Origin: a virus
Taxonomy: Duplodnaviria; Caudoviricetes
Direction: 5' to 3' (one strand)
DNA length: 33,509 nt
IMG/VR virus record: IMGVR_UViG_3300011338_000206
Location: 1-33,509 of that record
Shown: one piece after another, positions 17,647 through 25,805 of the stretch
Layout: each line of letters begins with the position of its first letter
Position numbering within the stretch: position 1 is the first letter of the stretch
The notes under the pieces: generated by a model
The model's input: the letters and a program-made list of their open reading frames with translations, nothing else
What the model was told of the DNA's origin: nothing
The model's database searches: none
Translations under genes and position numbers: made by a program

Positions 17647-17835
17647 ATGGAATATCACATCCCTGCCGCTGCTGATAACACCAGCATCAACGTCAGCCGA
17701 TATGAAGGCGGCGTTTGGATCAGCGTCATGCGCCATTGCGCTTACGCATCTACACACCTCACACGCGAACAGGCCGAGCAACTGCGCGACGCCCTCATTG
17801 CGCTCACCTTGGAGACAGAAGATGCAGCACAGTAA
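17647..17835 (+). CDS. hypothetical protein
   Basis: 62 aa, SD AGGA; LTREQAEQLRDAL C-terminus common in small phage proteins. Confidence 0.6.
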   Translation: MEYHIPAAADNTSINVSRYEGGVWISVMRHCAYASTHLTREQAEQLRDALIALTLETEDAAQ

Positions 17836-18952
17836 TATCGTCGGCGGTAGCACCGCCAAGCGCGTCATCGCTTGCCCTGGCTCTGTGGCGCTGGTGCAGA
17901 AGATGCCGCCCAAGCCGTCGAGCGAGCACGCAGACCGTGGCACCATGCTGCACGACGTGATCTCTGAAATCCTCGGCAAGAACTTGCCTTGGGATCAGTT
18001 CATTGGTACGGTCTACGAAGGCCAGGTGCTCACGCAGGAGCTGTTCGACGAGAAGATCGTCGTGGCGCTTGAGCTGCTGGATGAAGTTGACCCACACAAG
18101 GGGCTGGAATATGAAGTGGAGACGCGTGTTGGCTTCGGCGATCTGCTACCTGGCGTGTTTGGCTCTACTGATTTGGTCGGTCGTATCGGTAGTCGGGCTA
18201 TTGTGCTCGATTGGAAGTTTGGCGACGGCGTGGTAGTAGAGGCCGAAGAGAACGCCCAACTCATGTTCTACGCTGCGGCCTGTATGCGTACAGAGTCGGC
18301 GCAGTGGGCGTTCGCTGGCGCAACAGAGGTCGAGCTGATCATTGTGCAGCCGCCCATGATCAAGCGCTGGGTGACGACCAAGGAACGCATCAAGCAATTC
18401 GAGCAAGAGCTGGTGGCGGCCGTCAAGGCAGCGCAGTCGCCCAACGCCAAGCTGCAACACGGCGATCACTGCCGCTGGTGCGCAGCCAAGCCGGTGTGCC
18501 CTAAGATGACCGGCGCTGTGGACCGCGCCCTGCAAGTGCAACTGAAAGAAATAGATGTTGACACGCTGGGCAAATACCTGAAGAATGCAGAACTTCTTGA
18601 AGACTGGATCAAAGATTTGCGCGGTCTTGCACTGCAACTTCTTGAGAAGTCAGTGCCAGTGCCCGGCTACAAGCTGGTGCAGAAACAGGCGCGGCGTCAG
18701 TGGTCCGACGAGGCAAGCGCGCTTGAGACGCTGCACGAACTGGGTGTTCCCCGTTCGGAGCTGCTCAAGCCAGAAGAATTACTCAGCCCAGCTCAAATGG
18801 AGAAGGTGCTGAAAAAGCGCAAGATGGCACTGCCCGACGATCTCGTCGTGTCGGTGTCATCAGGCACAACACTGGCAAGCGAGGATGACCCCCGCCCATC
18901 AGTGTTGCAAATCGGGCAGCAGATTTCTGCGGCCCTTCTTAAACTTCAGTAA
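17822..18952 (+). CDS. PD-(D/E)XK (Cas4-like, DUF2800-type) exonuclease
   Basis: ATG at 17822 with SD GGAG; HS..GGSTAKR..ACPGS, GTMLH, FGSTD, LDWKFG, QLMFYA, HCRWC.A...C. Confidence 0.85.
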   Translation: MQHSNIVGGSTAKRVIACPGSVALVQKMPPKPSSEHADRGTMLHDVISEILGKNLPWDQFIGTVYEGQVLTQELFDEKIVVALELLDEVDPHKGLEYEVETRVGFGDLLPGVFGSTDLVGRIGSRAIVLDWKFGDGVVVEAEENAQLMFYAAACMRTESAQWAFAGATEVELIIVQPPMIKRWVTTKERIKQFEQELVAAVKAAQSPNAKLQHGDHCRWCAAKPVCPKMTGAVDRALQVQLKEIDVDTLGKYLKNAELLEDWIKDLRGLALQLLEKSVPVPGYKLVQKQARRQWSDEASALETLHELGVPRSELLKPEELLSPAQMEKVLKKRKMALPDDLVVSVSSGTTLASEDDPRPSVLQIGQQISAALLKLQ

Positions 18953-18961
18953 AGGACAATC

Positions 18962-19594
18962 ATGTCAAATCTCGCTACTTTCTCTTCGGCAAATCTGCCA
19001 GCAGTTTCCACCCTCTCCACCGCTTTGCGTGCGATTGAACAAGGCGCAGGTACAGCAGGCGTCGTCATCCTGAAAATGGACAAGACAGGCCACTGGGTGT
19101 TTGGTGCTGACCAGACTGAAGTCGAAGATGACTCAACCTGGGCCATCAACCCTTTCTCGTTCGTCCACGGCTATATCGCTTGGGGTGACGGTGAAGTGCT
19201 TGGTGAGAAAATGACCGGTGTGCAGCACCCCCTGCCAGAACTTGACGCAGCGCCTCCCGGCGCCAAGCGCGGCTGGGAGACTCAGATCGGCATGTCTTTG
19301 AAATGCCTTACTGGCGAAGACAAGGACATGGAAGCGCGCTTCACCACGACTTCGGTCGGCGGTAAGAAGGCCGTGCAAGCATTGGGCGTTGCCATCGCCA
19401 CGCAAGTGGAGAAGGACCAGTCCAAGCCTGTGGCTATCGTGCGTTTGAAGAAGGACCACTACGTGCACAAGTCCTACGGCCGTATCTACACTCCGGTGTT
19501 TGAGATCGTCGAATGGGCCAGCATGGATGGTGCTGCTGAAGAAGTGCAAGCCGAAGAGCCAGCACCCGCTGGTCGTCGTCGTCGCGCAGCCTAA
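18962..19594 (+). CDS. putative single-stranded DNA-binding protein
   Basis: Position between exonuclease and polymerase, aromatic-rich beta core, acidic tail. Confidence 0.6.
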   Translation: MSNLATFSSANLPAVSTLSTALRAIEQGAGTAGVVILKMDKTGHWVFGADQTEVEDDSTWAINPFSFVHGYIAWGDGEVLGEKMTGVQHPLPELDAAPPGAKRGWETQIGMSLKCLTGEDKDMEARFTTTSVGGKKAVQALGVAIATQVEKDQSKPVAIVRLKKDHYVHKSYGRIYTPVFEIVEWASMDGAAEEVQAEEPAPAGRRRRAA

Positions 19595-19602
19595 GTGAAA
19601 TC

Positions 19603-19698
19603 GGGGTGATGTGCTTGCATACTGAGGCTGCAAGTTAAATGAGGAGCTGTGGGACAGCACATCGTAAGATGGAAAAGAGGAACTAGCAGCATCACCCC
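19603..19698 (+). ncRNA. candidate structured RNA (multi-stem junction)
   Basis: Closing stem GGGGTGATG/CATCACCCC enclosing three hairpins in an intergenic gap. Confidence 0.45.
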
Positions 19699-19719
19699 AC
19701 CTATAAAGTAAAGTACAGT

Positions 19720-19842
19720 ATGAACCCTATATTTTTTGGCGTAGCAATTTTGTGCGCCGTTATTGCAATTTTTGCCCCGCCCATCATCAATGTACTGTTT
19801 GTTTGGATGGCGTACATGTACTGGAAGATGAGCGCGTTATGA
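19720..19842 (+). CDS. 40-aa hydrophobic membrane peptide
   Basis: MNPIFFGVAILCAVIAIFAPPIINVLFVWMAYMYWKMSAL; stop overlaps the polymerase ATG. Confidence 0.55.
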   Translation: MNPIFFGVAILCAVIAIFAPPIINVLFVWMAYMYWKMSAL

Positions 19843-21773
19843 CCAAACTCTGGCTTGACTTCGAGACGCGCAGCCGCTGCGATCTCAAGGCAAAAGGTGT
19901 CTACAACTACGCGCAAGACATGAGCACCGAAGTGCTGTGCATGTCCTACGCCTTCGACGATGGCGAGGTGCAGACGTGGCTACCCTCGCAAGAATTCCCC
20001 GCCGCTGTGCGCAACCACACCGGTCTGATCTACGCCCACAACGCCGCTTTTGAGCGGCTCATTTTCTGGTACGTGCTCCAGATCAATTTCAAGCTGGAGC
20101 AGTTCTACTGCACCGCAGCGCAGGCCCGCGCCAACTGCGCGCCTGGCTCGCTGGAGGACGTCGGCCGCTTCGCTGGCGCTGACATGCGCAAGGACCACCG
20201 TGGCAGCCAGCTGATCCGGCTGCTGTCCGTGCCGCAGGCCAATGGCCAGTTCCGCGAGGATGCCGCCCTGATGGCCGAGATGGTCGAGTACTGCGAACAG
20301 GACGTCAAAGCCATGCGCGCCATCAGCAAGGCCCTGCGTCAGCTGTCAGCCGACGAGCTGGCCGACTACCACGTCAACGAGCGCATCAACGACCGTGGCG
20401 TGCTGGTGGACGTGCCGCTGTGCCACGCCGCCGTCAAATACTCTGCCGAAGAAACCGTGGAGATTCAGCAGATCGTGTCCGAGGTGACCGAAGGCGTCAT
20501 CACCAGCGTGCGCAGCCCCAAGATGCGCGAGTGGGTGCTGGAGCGCGTCGGTCCCGAGGCCAAGAAGCTGATGTGGACCGGCGAGAAGTATTCGATTGAC
20601 AAATCAGTGCGGGCCAACCTGCTCGCGATGGAAGACCCCGATGAGATTCCGCCCCATGTTGCAGACGTCATCCAATGCGCGGACGACCTCTGGGCGTCTT
20701 CGGTTGCGAAGTTCAACCGCCTCTCGAACCTCGCCGATGAAGAAGATCACCGAGTCCGAGGCGCTTTCGTTTTTGCTGGAGGGGCTGCCACCGGCCGTGC
20801 GTCGAGCTACGGCGCGCAAGTTCACAACTTTACCCGCAAGTGCGCCAAAGAGCCTGATGAAGTACGCCACGCTATGGTGCGTGGCCACACAATCACGCCA
20901 AGATTTGGTAAACGCATTACAGATGTGCTCAAAGGGATGCTCCGGCCTGCGCTGATCGCCAAGCCTGGCCATGTCCTGATCGCCTACGACTGGTCGGCCA
21001 TCGAGGGCCGTGTGCACCCGTGGCTGTCCAACTGCCCAGCGGGCGAGGCCAAGCTGGACGTGTTCCGCTCCGGCCTTGATCCGTACAAGGTCAACGCAGC
21101 CGCCACCTTTCGTGTGCCTTACGAAGACGTCGCGGGTGACCAGCGTCAGGTGGGCAAGGTGCAGGAGCTGGCCCTCGGCTTTCTGGGTGGCGCTGGTGCG
21201 TTTGAGGTGTTCGGCCGCGCCTACGGCATCCGGCTGTCGCCAGGCGAGGTGCAGCGCGCCGTCGAGGGCTGGCGCAGGGCCAACCCGTGGGCGCAGGCGC
21301 ACGGTCAAGCCTTGGAAGGTGCGTATTTGCGCGCCATGAGAAACAAAGGGCATGAATTTAGAGCCGGTCGCGTTGTGTACTTGTTCGACGGCCAGACCCT
21401 CTGGTATGCTTTGCCCTCCGGTCGGGTGCTGTGCTACCCCAACGCCAAATTTGATGATGAAGGCAACGTGACGTACACCAAAGCAGCATGGAAGCCCGCC
21501 GCTGACGCCAAGGAGTGGCCCCGCGCCCGTCTGTGGCGTGGCCTGGCTTGCGAGAACGTCACGCAGGCCGCAGCGCACGACATCCTACGTCACGCGTTGC
21601 GTCAAATCTATGATGTTGTGCTGCACGTTCACGATGAGATCGTGGTCGAGTGCCGTGAAGACATAGCCGACGCAGTGAGCGCTGAAATCCATAAGATCAT
21701 GTGCACGCCGCCTGCATGGGCGGCTGGGCTGCCGCTGGCCGCTGAAGGCGTGACCACCACCCGATATTCGTAA
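19839..21773 (+). CDS. DNA polymerase, family A (APSE-like)
   Basis: Exo I LDFETRS, AHNAAFER; motif A DWSAIEGR, motif B RQVGKVQELALGF, motif C HVHDEIV. Confidence 0.93.
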   Translation: MTKLWLDFETRSRCDLKAKGVYNYAQDMSTEVLCMSYAFDDGEVQTWLPSQEFPAAVRNHTGLIYAHNAAFERLIFWYVLQINFKLEQFYCTAAQARANCAPGSLEDVGRFAGADMRKDHRGSQLIRLLSVPQANGQFREDAALMAEMVEYCEQDVKAMRAISKALRQLSADELADYHVNERINDRGVLVDVPLCHAAVKYSAEETVEIQQIVSEVTEGVITSVRSPKMREWVLERVGPEAKKLMWTGEKYSIDKSVRANLLAMEDPDEIPPHVADVIQCADDLWASSVAKFNRLSNLADEEDHRVRGAFVFAGGAATGRASSYGAQVHNFTRKCAKEPDEVRHAMVRGHTITPRFGKRITDVLKGMLRPALIAKPGHVLIAYDWSAIEGRVHPWLSNCPAGEAKLDVFRSGLDPYKVNAAATFRVPYEDVAGDQRQVGKVQELALGFLGGAGAFEVFGRAYGIRLSPGEVQRAVEGWRRANPWAQAHGQALEGAYLRAMRNKGHEFRAGRVVYLFDGQTLWYALPSGRVLCYPNAKFDDEGNVTYTKAAWKPAADAKEWPRARLWRGLACENVTQAAAHDILRHALRQIYDVVLHVHDEIVVECREDIADAVSAEIHKIMCTPPAWAAGLPLAAEGVTTTRYS

Positions 21774-21804
21774 AAAGAAAGCCCCGGCGGGTTAGGCCGG
21801 GGCT
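21773..21804. terminator. GC-rich hairpin; U-tract on the minus strand
   Basis: AGCCCCGGC-GGGTTAG-GCCGGGGCT preceded by AAAAAGAA. Confidence 0.55.
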
Positions 21805-21829
21805 AAAGTTCCAACTAAAGGAGAAACCC

Positions 21830-24130
21830 GTGAAAGATTTCATTGATCATCTTACCAGACTTGCCCCAGAGGGTGAAACTTTTTTGCTGGTTCGCCAGAA
21901 GCCCCAAATCAAAGAGGGCCAGATACAGTACCACCCCGACGGCGCGGTCAAGGCCACCTGGCCCGCCATGCTGCCCACGGCCAAGGTCAAGCCCGACTGG
22001 GCCATCTACGGCAACACGGCGTCGTTCATCATCGACCGCTTCAAGGATGGCCATGTGAGCGCTGGCGCGGCCAACTGCGAGTACGTGCTGGTGATGGTGC
22101 TCGACGACGTGGGCGACCCTGACAAGGCCCCCAACATTCCGCCGCTTGAGCCGACGTGGAAGATCGAGACGTCGCCGGGCTCGTTCCAGTGGGGCTATGT
22201 CTTCGGCGTGCAGCCCACGAAGGCCGAGTTCACTGCGGCCATTCGCGCCATTGCTGATGCGGGCTACACCGACCCTGGCGCCTGCAACGCTGTGCGCAAC
22301 TTTCGACTGCCCGGCTCGATCAACTTGAAGCCTGGCCGTGGCAACTTCGCCGCCCAGCTGGTGGAGTTCCATCCCGAGCGCGACTTCACCCTTGAGCAGA
22401 TTTGCGCCGCCCTGAACGTGGTGCCCGGCGAAGCCGAGGACGGCCACCGGCCGATCCGCATCTCCGACGATGGCACCGACGACGTGATGGTGTGGCTTTC
22501 TGACAACGGCCTGCTGCTGTCCAAGCCCAACCAAGAAGGCTGGGCCGGTGTCATCTGCCCCAACAATGCCGAGCACACCGACGGCAACCCCGAGGGCCGC
22601 TATCTGCCCGCCAACCGCGCCTACTGCTGCCTGCACTCGCACTGCATTGACCTCGACTCGACTGTGTTCCTCAAGTGGGTGGCCGACAACGGTGGCCCCA
22701 AGCACGCCCCCGGCCTGCGTGACGAGCTGCTGGTCACCGTGATGGAGTCGGCCCTTAGTAAGCTGGCCCCAACGCTTGAGTACCCCGACGTCGCTGCGGC
22801 TGTCGTGGCCGAGGTGGAGCGCAAAGAGCTGGGCCGCGTCGAGAAGGATGGCTGGTATGAGCGCTTCGCCTACATCCAGAACGATGACGCGTATTTTGAC
22901 CTAGCCGACCGCCGTGAGATCGGCCGCAGCACGTTCAATGCCTTGTTCCGGCACATCTCATGCAAGTCCATCCATAACCAGCGCAAGATCGAGGCGTCGG
23001 TGTGCTTTGATGAGCACCGCCAGGCCAAAGGCGCCCGCTCGCTGGTGGGCGTGACCTACGCCCCCGGCGAGGACATCCTCTGCGCCCGTGAGGGCCTGGT
23101 GTACGGCAACCGCTGGCGCGACGCCCGCCCGGCCGTGACCGGTGGCGACGTCAGCATGTGGCTGGCCCACGCCGAGCGCATGATCCCCGACGATGCCGAG
23201 CGCGCGCATGTCCTGGACGTGATGGCCTACAAGATTCAGCACCCCAACCGCAAGATCAACCACGCCGTCCTGCATGGTGGCAACCCTGGGTCGGGCAAGG
23301 ACACCCTCTGGGCCCCGTTCTTCTGGGCCGTCGGTGGCGACTCACTGGCCAACGTAAAAAAGCTGGACAACAAGGACCTTTCCACCGCCTGGGGTTACCA
23401 CCTCGAGTGCGAGGTCCTGATCATTAACGAGCTGCGCCAGCCCGAGGCGTCCGACCGCCGCGCCCTTGAAAACAGCCTCAAGCCGGTCATCGCTGCGCCC
23501 CCTGAGTATTTGACCATACAGCGCAAGGGCCTGGCCCCCTACGAGTCCGTCAACCGCCTGCAGGTAGTTGCGTTCTCCAACGAACGCATGGCTATCACCA
23601 TCCCCTCTAACGATCGCCGCTGGTTTGTCATCTGGTCCGACGCCGTTTGCATGGATCCGGCCGCGTCCGCACGCATCTGGGCCTGGTACAAGGCGGGCGG
23701 CCTGGCTAGTGTGGCCGCCTGGCTGCACCAGCGCGACGTCTCCGCGTTCAACCCTGGCGCCGCGCCCCCAATGACCGAAGCCAAAGCCATCATGGTCGAA
23801 TCGGGCATGTCCGGCGCTGAGTCGTTCCTGGTGGAGCTGATGCGCGCCCGCGTCGGCGAGTTTGCCTCTGGCGTGCTGGGTGGCCCATGGCAGGGTGTCT
23901 GCGACCGCCTGGGCGGCATGGCCCCGCCCGGCATGCGCGTGCCCGTGGCGGCCTTGCTGCATGCGTTCCGTGAGGCCGGATGGGTGGACATGGGGCTTTT
24001 GAAGTCTCGCGCCAATCCAACCAAAAAGCACGTATTCGCGGCCCCTGACATGGCCAGCAAGACTAAATCAGACCTCCGAGACCTGGTCCAGGGTCCGGCC
24101 CCCGCGCCTGTGATGCGCCTGGTGAAATAA
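21830..24130 (+). CDS. primase-helicase (RepB-type primase, Zn-binding segment, SF3/DUF5906 helicase)
   Basis: VLDDVG...IETSPGSFQWGY...FRLPGSINLK; CPN..EH...CLHSHC; Walker A GNPGSGKD, Walker B IINE, FSN, DRRW. Confidence 0.88.
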   Translation: MKDFIDHLTRLAPEGETFLLVRQKPQIKEGQIQYHPDGAVKATWPAMLPTAKVKPDWAIYGNTASFIIDRFKDGHVSAGAANCEYVLVMVLDDVGDPDKAPNIPPLEPTWKIETSPGSFQWGYVFGVQPTKAEFTAAIRAIADAGYTDPGACNAVRNFRLPGSINLKPGRGNFAAQLVEFHPERDFTLEQICAALNVVPGEAEDGHRPIRISDDGTDDVMVWLSDNGLLLSKPNQEGWAGVICPNNAEHTDGNPEGRYLPANRAYCCLHSHCIDLDSTVFLKWVADNGGPKHAPGLRDELLVTVMESALSKLAPTLEYPDVAAAVVAEVERKELGRVEKDGWYERFAYIQNDDAYFDLADRREIGRSTFNALFRHISCKSIHNQRKIEASVCFDEHRQAKGARSLVGVTYAPGEDILCAREGLVYGNRWRDARPAVTGGDVSMWLAHAERMIPDDAERAHVLDVMAYKIQHPNRKINHAVLHGGNPGSGKDTLWAPFFWAVGGDSLANVKKLDNKDLSTAWGYHLECEVLIINELRQPEASDRRALENSLKPVIAAPPEYLTIQRKGLAPYESVNRLQVVAFSNERMAITIPSNDRRWFVIWSDAVCMDPAASARIWAWYKAGGLASVAAWLHQRDVSAFNPGAAPPMTEAKAIMVESGMSGAESFLVELMRARVGEFASGVLGGPWQGVCDRLGGMAPPGMRVPVAALLHAFREAGWVDMGLLKSRANPTKKHVFAAPDMASKTKSDLRDLVQGPAPAPVMRLVK

Positions 24131-24131
24131 G

Positions 24132-24155
24132 AAAAGGCCCGCGAGGGCCTTTTTT
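24132..24155. terminator. bidirectional intrinsic terminator
   Basis: AAAAGGCCC-GCGA-GGGCCTTTTTT between convergent operons. Confidence 0.85.
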
Positions 24156-24213
24156 ACAGTTTGAGCAGGGTGGCCAGCAAGGCCACCAACACGGCCACCA
24201 GCGCGGCCGTCAT
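24154..24213 (-). CDS. 19-aa hydrophobic peptide
   Basis: MTAALVAVLVALLATLLKL; ATGA-coupled to the upstream gene, ends at the terminator. Confidence 0.4.
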   Translation of the reverse strand: MTAALVAVLVALLATLLKL

Positions 24214-24530
24214 TTTATTGTTTCCAATATGTGCAGCGCGCCCATTGGACTCGCCAGGATAACGTCGCATGCGCGATTTATGGCCGCATGCATGGCCGCG
24301 TTTTGATTCTCCGCATTGGTTAGCTCAGATTCCAAAACTTCGCATTCCAGGGTCTTAATTTTAAGGTCCAGGGCCGCGGGTTTTAGCGTTTCAATCTCCG
24401 CGGTGGCCTGTCCCAATGCATGCTGCAGCGATTCAATCCTGGCGAATAGTTTGGCCGCGTTTTCAAACCCTTCGGCATAGCATAGGCGTTCGGCCTCACT
24501 GGCGGGCATGCGCATAAAATCAAAGTCCAT
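24210..24530 (-). CDS. hypothetical coiled-coil early protein
   Basis: 106 aa, SD GGAG. Confidence 0.6.
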   Translation of the reverse strand: MDFDFMRMPASEAERLCYAEGFENAAKLFARIESLQHALGQATAEIETLKPAALDLKIKTLECEVLESELTNAENQNAAMHAAINRACDVILASPMGALHILETIK

Positions 24531-24663
24531 TTCGAGTCTCCAAGTATTCGGCCACTGTGCGGCCCATTAAAAAAGCGTGTTCCGCGCTTGGTAAATCGAT
24601 GGGCGCGCCATCTAGCGCATCGGCCAAGTCAATTAGCCACTGGTAAAACTCTTTGACCCTCAT
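24520..24663 (-). CDS. 47-aa hypothetical protein
   Basis: MRVKEFYQWLIDLADALDGAPIDLPSAEHAFLMGRTVAEYLETRNGL fills the gap, coupled start, SD GGAGG. Confidence 0.55.
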   Translation of the reverse strand: MRVKEFYQWLIDLADALDGAPIDLPSAEHAFLMGRTVAEYLETRNGL

Positions 24664-24938
24664 AACAGGCCCTCCGGCATACTGGCGCGAATTTCCGCTG
24701 GTGTCCAGGGCATGGGTTCATTTTGAAACGGCCAAACCACAAAATCCTGCAAATCCGCAGCCATTGTGGAATAAGGGCCGGTTTTGAATAGCGCGCGGTA
24801 AGCGTGGTAAACATCCATTAGGACCACCGGCCTGCCCTTATGGTAACCGTGGGTCCCTGGCCGTGGCCAGCTCTCACGCGTGGGGTATCGGTCCGGCCGT
24901 GGGTTGTGTTTATATCCTGGTATCGGTGATTCATGCAT
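24660..24938 (-). CDS. hypothetical early protein
   Basis: 92 aa preceded by the AAGGGGCAAA junction motif. Confidence 0.55.
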   Translation of the reverse strand: MHESPIPGYKHNPRPDRYPTRESWPRPGTHGYHKGRPVVLMDVYHAYRALFKTGPYSTMAADLQDFVVWPFQNEPMPWTPAEIRASMPEGLL

Positions 24939-24948
24939 GTTTTGCCCC

Positions 24949-25092
24949 TTAAAAATTCAAGCCTGAGACGCGAAAACAGCGGCCGTCTGCGAGCCGCTCC
25001 ACGTCTACGGTATATCGGCCGTGCACGGCCAGCACGCGGCAGCGCGTGGGTTTGCCTTGGATATCAATGAAGACAATTTGGTTTGGTTTCAT
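24949..25092 (-). CDS. 47-aa hypothetical protein (SH3-like beta)
   Basis: MKPNQIVFIDIQGKPTRCRVLAVHGRYTVDVERLADGRCFRVSGLNF after the junction motif. Confidence 0.6.
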   Translation of the reverse strand: MKPNQIVFIDIQGKPTRCRVLAVHGRYTVDVERLADGRCFRVSGLNF

Positions 25093-25105
25093 GTTTTGCC
25101 CCTTT

Positions 25106-25795
25106 TTAATGCATGGCGTAAGAGACCGGCTCGCCAGACCAGCACGCGCGGCAGCTGCCGCATGCGCCATTGTTTTTAGGCGCCTGGCAGGCGTGGCCGT
25201 GCACTGGCGCGCCTGGCGTGTGCACATTCGAGCTGGTGATATTTGCGTGGCCGCGCAGGCTGGCAGGGATCGCCACCGGCTGGTCAGGATACATCGCAGA
25301 CAGGCGCACGATCAAATTAGAGGGCAGCGCGCCATGTTTGGCGATGTATTCCTTGACGATCGCATACTCACGCGTGGGCAGCCAGTGCTGGCAATGTGGC
25401 GTGGCCATGGCCAGCTGCGCGATCAGCTCGAGATGCGCCAATCCCTGCAAATCGCCGGAATCGTGGTGGCGAAACCAGAAATCTGCGCCGATCAGCGAAA
25501 CCATGCCAGACAGCCACGCCTGCGCGTGCTCTTCGCTGGCCATGGCCTGCCAGACAGCATCAAGCCGCGAAAACTGCGCGGGTTTGATCGTGCTCTCGTA
25601 GACTTTATAAAAACCCTTGTCTGCGTAGCACATGCTGCAAATAGAGCCGGGCAGTTTGGCCATGCGCGAGCCGGTCTCGCAGCTCTCTGTGGGCAGGCTC
25701 GAGCTCTTACATGGCATCTTGCTGGTTTGCGTAAGAGAGCCGCAAACAGTTTGCGCGGCTTTTTTGGTCAGAGGGATGATTTGAATAGTGCGCAT
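25106..25795 (-). CDS. GP88-family Fe-S / radical-SAM-like protein
   Basis: SKMP, Cx13Cx2C-YA.KG, FRHHDSGD, HWLPTRE, PSNLIVRLS, C-terminal Cx8Cx2Cx2CW. Confidence 0.8.
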   Translation of the reverse strand: MRTIQIIPLTKKAAQTVCGSLTQTSKMPCKSSSLPTESCETGSRMAKLPGSICSMCYADKGFYKVYESTIKPAQFSRLDAVWQAMASEEHAQAWLSGMVSLIGADFWFRHHDSGDLQGLAHLELIAQLAMATPHCQHWLPTREYAIVKEYIAKHGALPSNLIVRLSAMYPDQPVAIPASLRGHANITSSNVHTPGAPVHGHACQAPKNNGACGSCRACWSGEPVSYAMH

Positions 25796-25805
25796 GGTTT
25801 GCCCC

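Noticed and set aside
18585-18812. Second +1 ORF in the exonuclease
   Set aside because: Composition is typical of a shadow frame (Cys/Arg/Ser-rich), and the AT-rich patch could reflect the internal promoter instead.
19603-19702. tRNA or hammerhead ribozyme
   Set aside because: It has an acceptor-like stem but no D-loop or TTC T-loop consensus, and no CTGANGA hammerhead core.
19752-19838. Cys/His-rich N-terminal extension of the polymerase in the ORF track
   Set aside because: The exonuclease motif begins just after ATG 19839, and the region is better explained by the coupled 40-aa ORF.
21352-21471. Further +1 ORF in the polymerase (MNLEPVALCTC...) as an o-spanin
   Set aside because: Only about 39 aa with no hydrophobic signal peptide or lipobox; support is too weak.
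19839-21773. DpoZ / 2-aminoadenine genome system
   Set aside because: No PurZ-, DatZ- or MazZ-like gene was recognised in the window.
24160-25040. Apparent excess of GGCC and scarcity of GATC in the early region
   Set aside because: This is an impression by eye only; it needs a k-mer observed/expected count before any restriction-avoidance claim.
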